Below are positions 57,028 through 64,000 of a stretch of 64,000 bases of DNA, piece after piece. Origin of the DNA: Methanomassiliicoccaceae archaeon (GTDB lineage: Archaea; Thermoplasmatota; Thermoplasmata; Methanomassiliicoccales; Methanomassiliicoccaceae); assembly GCA_040776945.1 (NCBI GenBank), contig JAXGZN010000001.1, positions 928,001-992,000 of the forward strand, read 5' to 3'. The translations under genes and the position numbers were made by a program. Under the pieces are notes generated by a model that was not told where the DNA came from, searched no databases, and saw only the letters and a program-made list of their open reading frames with translations. Position 1 is the stretch's first letter, and each line of letters starts with the position of its first letter.

Positions 57028-58662
57028 ATGGGAATGGGAAACACGCCTATACTCATCCTCAAGGAAGGTACCAAGAGAGACCGGGGAAAGGATGCCCAGT
57101 ATAACAACATAACGGCCGCCAGAGCGATCGCCGACGCGGTCCGGAGCACGCTTGGTCCCCGCGGGATGGACAAGATGCTCGTTGACAGCATGGGTGACGT
57201 GGTCATAACCAACGATGGTGTGACCATCCTCAAGGAGATCGACGTGGACCACCCTGCGGCCAAGATGCTCGTGGAGGTCGCCAAGACCCAGGACGAGGAG
57301 GCCGGGGACGGTACGACCAGCGCCGTTATCTTGTCTGGAGAACTGCTCAAGAAGGCAGTGGACCTGATCGATTCCAACATCCACCCCACCATCATCGCCG
57401 GCGGTTACCGGCTTGCCGCCACCAAGGCACAGGAGGTCTTGGACGGCCTGGCCATAGACGTGGACGTAAAGGACAAGAAGACCCTCAAGCTCATTGCCGA
57501 GACCTCGATGATCTCCAAGTCCGTGAGCGCTTCCCGCGAGTCCCTTGCCGATCTGTCGGTGAAGGCCGTCAGCGCTGTCGCCGAGCAGAACAACAAGAAG
57601 TGGAGCGTGGACATGGACAACATCCAGGTCGTTAAGAAGACCGGCGGGTCCATGGACGACACCCAGTTCATACAGGGCATCATCGTCGACAAGGAGCCGG
57701 TCCATCCTGCCATGCCCAAGAAGATCGAGAAGGCAAAGCTCGCCCTGCTGGACACCGCGATCGAGGTCCAGAAGACCGAGATCGACGCCAAGATCGAGAT
57801 CACCGACCCCACCCAGATGCAGGCCTTCCTCGACGAGGAGGAGAACATGCTGCGCAAGATGGTGGCCACCATCAAGGCCTCCGGCGCCAACGCGGTCTTC
57901 TGCCAGAAAGGCATCGATGACCTCGCCCAGCACTTCCTGGCCAAGGAGAAGATCTTTGCCGTCAGGCGGGTGAAGAAGTCGGACATGGAGAAGCTGGCCA
58001 AGGCCACCGGAGCGACCGTGGTCACCAAGATCGAGGAGCTTTCCTCCGACGAGCTAGGCGCCGCCGCTCTTATCGAGGTCCGTCAGCTTGGAGAGGAAGA
58101 GATGACCTTCGTCACTGGCTGCAAGAACCCCAAGGCCGTTTCCCTGCTCCTCAGGGGCGGCACCGAGCACGTTATCGACGAGGTCGAGCGCTCCCTGGAC
58201 GACGCCATGAGCGTCGTTGCCGTCGCCATCGAGGATGGCAAGATAGTCACTGGAGGGGGAAGCACCGCAATCGAGCTGGCCATGAAGCTCAGGGAGTACG
58301 CCGCATCTGTCGGCGGCCGCGAGCAGATCGCCATCGATGCCTATGCCAGCGCACTAGAGGTTATCCCCACCGCTCTAGCGGAGAACGCCGGTCTGGACCC
58401 CATCGACATCCTCATCAACCTGAGGAAGGCCCACAAGGGGGGCAAGGTCCACGCAGGTCTGAACGTCTACACCGGGAAGATCGTGGACATGATGGACCAG
58501 AAGGTCATCGAGCCCATCCGGGTTAGCCGCCAGGCCATCAACTCCGCCACCGACGCTGCCGTCCTCATTCTGAGGATCGACGACGTCATAGCAGCTAAGG
58601 GCATGAGCCCCGGCGCGGGCGGCCCCGGCGGAGCTCCTGACATGGGAGACGACACTGACTGA
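57028..58662 (+). CDS. ths: Thermosome subunit (group II chaperonin)
   Basis: [32 protein letters not shown]. Confidence 0.97.
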   Translation: MGMGNTPILILKEGTKRDRGKDAQYNNITAARAIADAVRSTLGPRGMDKMLVDSMGDVVITNDGVTILKEIDVDHPAAKMLVEVAKTQDEEAGDGTTSAVILSGELLKKAVDLIDSNIHPTIIAGGYRLAATKAQEVLDGLAIDVDVKDKKTLKLIAETSMISKSVSASRESLADLSVKAVSAVAEQNNKKWSVDMDNIQVVKKTGGSMDDTQFIQGIIVDKEPVHPAMPKKIEKAKLALLDTAIEVQKTEIDAKIEITDPTQMQAFLDEEENMLRKMVATIKASGANAVFCQKGIDDLAQHFLAKEKIFAVRRVKKSDMEKLAKATGATVVTKIEELSSDELGAAALIEVRQLGEEEMTFVTGCKNPKAVSLLLRGGTEHVIDEVERSLDDAMSVVAVAIEDGKIVTGGGSTAIELAMKLREYAASVGGREQIAIDAYASALEVIPTALAENAGLDPIDILINLRKAHKGGKVHAGLNVYTGKIVDMMDQKVIEPIRVSRQAINSATDAAVLILRIDDVIAAKGMSPGAGGPGGAPDMGDDTD

Positions 58663-58670
58663 GACCAACC

Positions 58671-58690
58671 GGGGCGAGACGCCCCTTTCC
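58671..58690 (+). terminator. Hairpin plus pyrimidine tract after thermosome
   Basis: GGGGCG-AGA-CGCCCC followed by TTTCC. Confidence 0.5.
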
Positions 58691-58744
58691 AAACCTCTTA
58701 ATATTTCTCATAATCACAATGACGGACCGCACGGCGGTGGAGAT

Positions 58745-59287
58745 ATGGAGAGGTCAGAAGGGTCTGGGCAGAACAACGAAGAGGCGGAAGGCCCCGAGGA
58801 GCGGCTGGCAGCGTTGCTGGAGCAGCTTCAAGTCGAGACCGCAGAGAAGGACCGGCAGGCGGCCCTTGCCGCCGAATATCTGGGCATCGCTAAGCGGGCC
58901 CAGGCCGACTTTGAGAACTATAAACGGAGGACGCAGAAGGAGCGCGAGGAGCTGGTGAAGATAGCCAACCACCGGCTTTTGGAGCAGCTTCTTCTGGTCT
59001 TCGATGATATCGAAAGGGCCGTGGCCGCTAAGTGCTCCGACGAGGACCTGCGGCCTGGCGTGAGCAAGATAAGGGACAACATGGCCGTCCTCCTAAGGGA
59101 GCATGGACTGCGGGAGATACCGTCCGATGGGAGGTTCGATCCCTCCGTGCATGAGGCGCTCGCGGTCGGAGAGGGACAGGACGGCATGATCCTGGAAGTC
59201 TTCCAGAAGGGGTACTACCTCGGCGACAAGGTGCTGAGGTGCTCCAAGGTCAAGGTAGCAAAGAGCACAGGTGAGAACAATGGCTAA
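58745..59287 (+). CDS. grpE: Nucleotide exchange factor GrpE
   Basis: [31 protein letters not shown]...VLR. Confidence 0.95.
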   Translation: MERSEGSGQNNEEAEGPEERLAALLEQLQVETAEKDRQAALAAEYLGIAKRAQADFENYKRRTQKEREELVKIANHRLLEQLLLVFDDIERAVAAKCSDEDLRPGVSKIRDNMAVLLREHGLREIPSDGRFDPSVHEALAVGEGQDGMILEVFQKGYYLGDKVLRCSKVKVAKSTGENNG

Positions 59288-61145
59288 GATAATCGGAATA
59301 GACCTAGGGACCAGCAACTCCGCGGCGGCGGTCATGGAGGGCGGAAGGCCCACCATCATCCCCAGCGCGGAGGGGACTAGCATAGGGGGGAAGGCCTTCC
59401 CTTCGTACGTCGCCTTTACCAAGGAAGGTGAGCTGCTGGTAGGTGAGCCCGCGCGCAGGCAGGCGATCACCAACCCTGAGGGGACCATCGCCGCGGCCAA
59501 GCGGAAGATGGGAACCGACTTCAAGTTCCACGTCCATGAAAAGGACTACACTCCCCAGCAGGTATCCGCGTTCATTCTCCAGAAGATCAAGCGGGATGCC
59601 GAGGCGTTCCTCGGGGACACGGTGAGCAAGGCGGTCATCACCGTCCCCGCGTACTTCAACGACAACCAGAGGCAGGCGACCAAGGATGCCGGGGCCATCG
59701 CCGGGCTGGAGGTCGTGAGGATCATAAACGAGCCGACCGCGGCCGCATTGGCCTTTGGCCTGGACAATAGCAAGAGCTCTCAGAGGATCATGGTGTTCGA
59801 TCTTGGCGGAGGCACGCTGGATGTCACCATAATGGAGTTCTCCGAGGGAGTGTTCGAGGTCATCGCTACCTCAGGGGACACCCAGCTCGGAGGGACGGAC
59901 ATGGACCAGGCTCTCATCAATCACGTAACTACGCAGTTCCGAAACGAGAGCGGCATCGACCTGACCAAGGACAAGATGGCCATGTGGCGCGTGCGCGAAG
60001 CATGCGAGAAGGCCAAGATCGAGCTCTCGTCCACGATGTCCACCGAGATCAACCTGCCCTTCATCACCGCTGACCAGAGCGGCCCCAAGCACCTGACCGC
60101 GAACATCACCCGAGCGAAGCTGGAAGAGCTGGTAAATCCCACCGTGGAGCGTTGCCGCGGTCCGGTGAGCACCGCCCTCAAGGATGCCAAGCTCACGCCG
60201 GAGCAGGTGGACAACATCATCCTGGTAGGCGGTCCGACCCGCATGCCGATCATACAGCGGTTCGTGGAGAACATGGTCGGGAGGAAGATCCAAAGGGGCA
60301 TCGATCCCATGGAGTGCGTTTCCATGGGCGCGGCCATCCAGGCCGCGGTCCTGTCCGGTGAGGTCAAGGACATCCTGCTGCTGGATGTAACTCCGCTGTC
60401 GCTCAGCGTGGAGACCCTGGGAGGCATCGCCACCAAGCTCATCGAGAGGAACACCACGATCCCCACTCGCAAGTCGCAGGTCTTCTCCACCGCCGCGGAC
60501 TACCAGTCCAGCGTAGAGATCCACATCGTGCAAGGGGAGAGGGAGATGGCAGCGGACAACGTCTCGCTGGGCAAGTTCCAGCTGAGCGGCATCCCCCCGG
60601 CCCCGAGGGGCATCCCTCAGATCGAGGTGACATACGACATAGATGCGAACGGCATCATCAACGTGTCGGCCAAAGACCTGGGGACGGGCAAGGAGCAGAA
60701 GATCACCATCACCGCCTCCAATAAGCTCTCCAAGGACGAGATCCAGAACATGGTGCACCAGGCAGAGCAGTTCTCAGAGGAGGACAAGAAGCGCCGCGAA
60801 AAGGTCGAGCTCCTCAACCAGGCGGACACGCTGCTCTACACGACGGACAAGACACTGGTGGAGCTGGGCGAGAAGATCACCGCTGACGAGAGGGAGAAGG
60901 TGAAGAAGGCATCGGACGAGCTTCGGGAAGCGGTCAAGAAGGAGGACCAGTCCGACATCAAGAGCAAGATGGACGTCCTGGTCAAGGAGATGTCGACCGT
61001 CTCCACCCGCATCTATCAAGAGGCGGCCGCTGCCCAGCAGGCTGCCGGTACGCAGCAGGCCGGACCGCAGCAACCGCCTGGGGACGAGGGCAAGAAGGGC
61101 GGTCAAGGGGACTTCACCGACGCCGACTATCACATAGTGGACTGA
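59280..61145 (+). CDS. dnaK: Chaperone DnaK
   Basis: [42 protein letters not shown]. Confidence 0.98.
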   Translation: MAKIIGIDLGTSNSAAAVMEGGRPTIIPSAEGTSIGGKAFPSYVAFTKEGELLVGEPARRQAITNPEGTIAAAKRKMGTDFKFHVHEKDYTPQQVSAFILQKIKRDAEAFLGDTVSKAVITVPAYFNDNQRQATKDAGAIAGLEVVRIINEPTAAALAFGLDNSKSSQRIMVFDLGGGTLDVTIMEFSEGVFEVIATSGDTQLGGTDMDQALINHVTTQFRNESGIDLTKDKMAMWRVREACEKAKIELSSTMSTEINLPFITADQSGPKHLTANITRAKLEELVNPTVERCRGPVSTALKDAKLTPEQVDNIILVGGPTRMPIIQRFVENMVGRKIQRGIDPMECVSMGAAIQAAVLSGEVKDILLLDVTPLSLSVETLGGIATKLIERNTTIPTRKSQVFSTAADYQSSVEIHIVQGEREMAADNVSLGKFQLSGIPPAPRGIPQIEVTYDIDANGIINVSAKDLGTGKEQKITITASNKLSKDEIQNMVHQAEQFSEEDKKRREKVELLNQADTLLYTTDKTLVELGEKITADEREKVKKASDELREAVKKEDQSDIKSKMDVLVKEMSTVSTRIYQEAAAAQQAAGTQQAGPQQPPGDEGKKGGQGDFTDADYHIVD

Positions 61146-61160
61146 GGCGGACGCAAGCTC

Positions 61161-62279
61161 ATGGCCCAGCGGGACTATTACGAAGTGATGGGAGTTCCCC
61201 GGGACTCCACGGTGGACGACATCAAGAAGGCGTACCGCAAGCTGGCGATGCAGTACCACCCGGACGTTACCAAGGAGGACCGCAAGGTCGCCGAGGAGAA
61301 GTTCAAGGAAGTGTCGGAAGCATATGAGGTGCTGGTCGACGAAAAGAAGCGCAAACTGTACGATCAGTACGGCCACGCCGGGGTAAGCTCGCAGTTCCAG
61401 GACGGCTCGTTCAACTGGAGCGACTTCTCCCACATGGGAGACCTGCGGGACATCTTCGGCGATTCCGGAGGCTTCGGGAACATCTTCGACATGCTGTTCG
61501 GCCGACAGCAGCGCTCCGGGGGCCGCGATGCACGAATGGACCTTGAGATAACCCTGGAAGAGGCTTTCCGAGGCGTAAAGAAGCGCATCACCGTGCCGAA
61601 GTTCGACCCCTGTCCCAAGTGCTCCGGCACCGGGGCCAAGGACGGCAAGGTGGTGCAATGCACAGAGTGCCACGGCACCGGACAGGTGCGCGTGGTTCAG
61701 AGGAGTGGCTTCGGCCAGTTCGTGCAGGTCGGTCCCTGCCGCCGCTGCCGCGGTACCGGCAGAAGCTCGTCCGATGCCTGCCCTGACTGCAGTGGCCGGG
61801 GCAAGGTTCAGAGGACGTCCCACATCGACCTGGAAATTCCCGCTGGGGTGGAGACCGGCTCCCGGCTCCGCATCCCCGGCGCCGGGGAGATGGGAGGGCC
61901 GGGAGAGCCTAACGGCGATCTCTACGTCATGGTCCACGTCAAAGATCATTCCCAGTACCGCCGCGAGGGGCCGGACCTGATCGTCGAGTTCCCGATATCC
62001 TTTGCCCAGGCGGCCCTGGGGGCGGAAATAGAGATCCCCACCTTGGACAAGAAGGCCAAGGTGACATTGCCATCGGGCACGCAGTCGGAGACGGTGTTCC
62101 GGCTCCGGGGCTCGGGAATGCCTATCCTTAGAACCAATTCGCGCGGCGACCTCTATGTCCGGGTGAAGGTCAAGGTACCGGAGAAGCTCAACCAGGAGCA
62201 GAAGGACCTTCTTTTGAGGTTCGCCGAGCTGGAGGGCGAGAACCGCAGCGTCTTCGGCAAGTTCAAGAAAAAGAAGTGA
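61161..62279 (+). CDS. dnaJ: Chaperone DnaJ
   Basis: HPD J-domain, G/F region, four CxxCxGxG repeats. Confidence 0.97.
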   Translation: MAQRDYYEVMGVPRDSTVDDIKKAYRKLAMQYHPDVTKEDRKVAEEKFKEVSEAYEVLVDEKKRKLYDQYGHAGVSSQFQDGSFNWSDFSHMGDLRDIFGDSGGFGNIFDMLFGRQQRSGGRDARMDLEITLEEAFRGVKKRITVPKFDPCPKCSGTGAKDGKVVQCTECHGTGQVRVVQRSGFGQFVQVGPCRRCRGTGRSSSDACPDCSGRGKVQRTSHIDLEIPAGVETGSRLRIPGAGEMGGPGEPNGDLYVMVHVKDHSQYRREGPDLIVEFPISFAQAALGAEIEIPTLDKKAKVTLPSGTQSETVFRLRGSGMPILRTNSRGDLYVRVKVKVPEKLNQEQKDLLLRFAELEGENRSVFGKFKKKK

Positions 62280-62329
62280 AGGCCTCGGGAAGGATGAAGT
62301 AGCTCTACCGCTCTCCCGACGCGAGGACG

Positions 62330-63568
62330 ATGAGGCTCGGATCGCTCACTGGATTTGATCGGCGGATCTGGATACTGGCCGCCGGCAGGGTGATCTCGGC
62401 CACTGGGTACTCCATCGTAATGCCCTTCCTCGCCATCCATCTCAACAGCGACATGGGGATCTCCATGGTCCAGGTCGGCCTCATCTACGTGGTCATGGCG
62501 GTGGCTGGGGCCTTTGGGCAGATAATTGGAGGGGAGATCGCCGACCGAACAGGGAGGAGGCCGGTCATGTGGGCCTCGATGGTCCTGCGCGGCCTTGTGT
62601 TCATTGCCCTGTTCGCCGTTATGATCATGGCCAAGGAGATCTGGACGATCTCTGGCCTTCTGGTCGTTTCATCGCTCCTGGGCTCCATGTTCGATCCCGC
62701 CAGCAACGCCATGGTCGCCGATCTGGTCAGCGTGAACAGGCGCATGGAGGCCTACTCCCTGCTCCGCGTAGGCCAGAACATAGGTTGGACCTTGGGGCCG
62801 CTCATCTCGGGCATCATGATCGCCTTCCTGCCGTTCTCCTACCTTTTCGCTGTGGCATCGGTCACCTGTCTAACCGTAGGGGCGGTCGTCCTGCTTAAGG
62901 TCGCGGAGCCCTTGCGCTCCACGGCCTCCCATGCCAAGTTCCACCTGAGGGACATGGCCACCATAGCGCACAACCGACTGTTCCTGATGTTCTGCATTGC
63001 GTCCATGCCAGTGGGCATCGTCATGGGGCAGATGACCTCAACCTTCTCGGTGTTCGCGGTCCAGGACGCAGGCATATTCGAGGCCGAGGTCGGCTACCTG
63101 TACGCGCTCAACGGAGTGATGGTGGTGGCGCTGCAGTTCCCCATGGCCCGCATGATCTCGAGGTACCCGATGCCCTCCTCCCTGGCACTTGGCTCGCTGC
63201 TGTATGCGGTCGGATATCTGTTCCTAGGGTTCTCGGGAGCAATATGGGTGCTGGTCCTCTCGATGGTCGTGACCACCCTGGGGGAGAACGTGATCTCGCC
63301 CTCGAGCACTGCACTGGTAGCGAAATTGAGCCCGGACAGCGAGCGCGGGCGGTACATGGGCGCTTTCGGCATTTTCTCATCCTTCGGCTGGTCCCTTGGA
63401 CCGGCCATCGGCGGCTCGCTGTACGATTCTATGCACACCGCCCCCCTCGCTCTTTGGGGCTCGGTAGCGATGATAGCCATGATCAGCGTGGTCATGTACC
63501 TGCACCTCGGCAAGATGTCCGCCGAGGTCGAAAAGAGCGCCTCCCGGGCGGAGGGAGCAAAGGGTTAA
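62330..63568 (+). CDS. MFS transporter
   Basis: GEIADRTGRRPV motif A, 12 TM helices, RGRYMG. Confidence 0.92.
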   Translation: MRLGSLTGFDRRIWILAAGRVISATGYSIVMPFLAIHLNSDMGISMVQVGLIYVVMAVAGAFGQIIGGEIADRTGRRPVMWASMVLRGLVFIALFAVMIMAKEIWTISGLLVVSSLLGSMFDPASNAMVADLVSVNRRMEAYSLLRVGQNIGWTLGPLISGIMIAFLPFSYLFAVASVTCLTVGAVVLLKVAEPLRSTASHAKFHLRDMATIAHNRLFLMFCIASMPVGIVMGQMTSTFSVFAVQDAGIFEAEVGYLYALNGVMVVALQFPMARMISRYPMPSSLALGSLLYAVGYLFLGFSGAIWVLVLSMVVTTLGENVISPSSTALVAKLSPDSERGRYMGAFGIFSSFGWSLGPAIGGSLYDSMHTAPLALWGSVAMIAMISVVMYLHLGKMSAEVEKSASRAEGAKG

Positions 63569-63595
63569 ACATACATCTCCCAATTTGTACACTGG

Positions 63596-64000
63596 ATGAA
63601 GGTCATTGGCGTCATGACCAAGAACTTCCGGTTCTTCTATGAACTGGTCCAGATGATGAGGGAGCACCGCGATCCCTTCGTCTCCCTGGACTTCAACGAG
63701 GATGTCCCTGATACCGTGGGCGTGGTGATCACCACTCGAGAGGAGCGCCCCCAGGTCCGATTCCCCAAGGTCGTGGTGGCCGACCGGCCGGACCTGGCGC
63801 TGGAGATGGCAAGGTCGCAGCTCAAGGGGCGGGAAAGCTTCCGCACGCTCGTCGCCGGCATCGACCCGGGAAGCAGGCCAGGCCTTGCGATCATAGGCGA
63901 CGGTCGTGTGCTGGTAGCTGAAACGGTCGGCTCGCCCGAACGCGTCGCGGACGAGATAGATCGCTTCAGGCGATGTTTTAGGCATGAGCGACTGATCGCC
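63596..64000 (+). CDS. Conserved archaeal hypothetical protein with RNase H-like (GIDPG) domain, partial
   Basis: Manual translation MKVIGVMTKNFRFFYELV...LVAGIDPGSRPGLAIIGDGRVL, open to the window end; not in the ORF track. Confidence 0.7.
   Translation, partial: MKVIGVMTKNFRFFYELVQMMREHRDPFVSLDFNEDVPDTVGVVITTREERPQVRFPKVVVADRPDLALEMARSQLKGRESFRTLVAGIDPGSRPGLAIIGDGRVLVAETVGSPERVADEIDRFRRCFRHERLIA

Noticed and set aside
1-64000. CRISPR array, rRNA, intact IS/transposase or prophage
   Set aside because: No regularly spaced direct repeats, rRNA signatures, or transposase, terminase or capsid motifs were seen.

Overview
Archaeal chromosomal window, GC-rich. It is most consistent with a Methanomassiliicoccales/Thermoplasmata methanogen (inference from L7Ae/S28e/L24e/S6e, aIF2-gamma, PAN, thermosome beside grpE-dnaK-dnaJ, a DUF2099 methanogenesis-marker-8-like gene and leaderless TATA promoters). 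It holds about 68 CDS plus tRNA-Lys(CTT), mostly housekeeping: translation, purine, CoA, glycine cleavage and proteostasis. No CRISPR array, rRNA or intact mobile element was seen. Points worth a second look: (i) a GmhA-GmhB fusion missed by the ORF track, next to an HddA heptose kinase; (ii) an amino-acid ABC uptake, IlvE and 2-oxoacid:ferredoxin oxidoreductase cluster whose two binding-protein genes share a promoter motif; (iii) a K-turn leader covering the rpl7ae Shine-Dalgarno; (iv) the archaeal translation gene string split between infB and rps6e by an 11.3-kb accessory block ending in a decayed tyrosine-recombinase fragment and a tandem hairpin repeat; (v) amber stops whose readthrough would fuse aIF2-gamma to a PIN protein or run ndk into the infB start, relevant if the host decodes pyrrolysine; (vi) an RNase III-like protein with no dsRBD and an altered active site; (vii) a frameshifted transglutaminase pseudogene. 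All calls come from motif recognition by eye; no searches were run.
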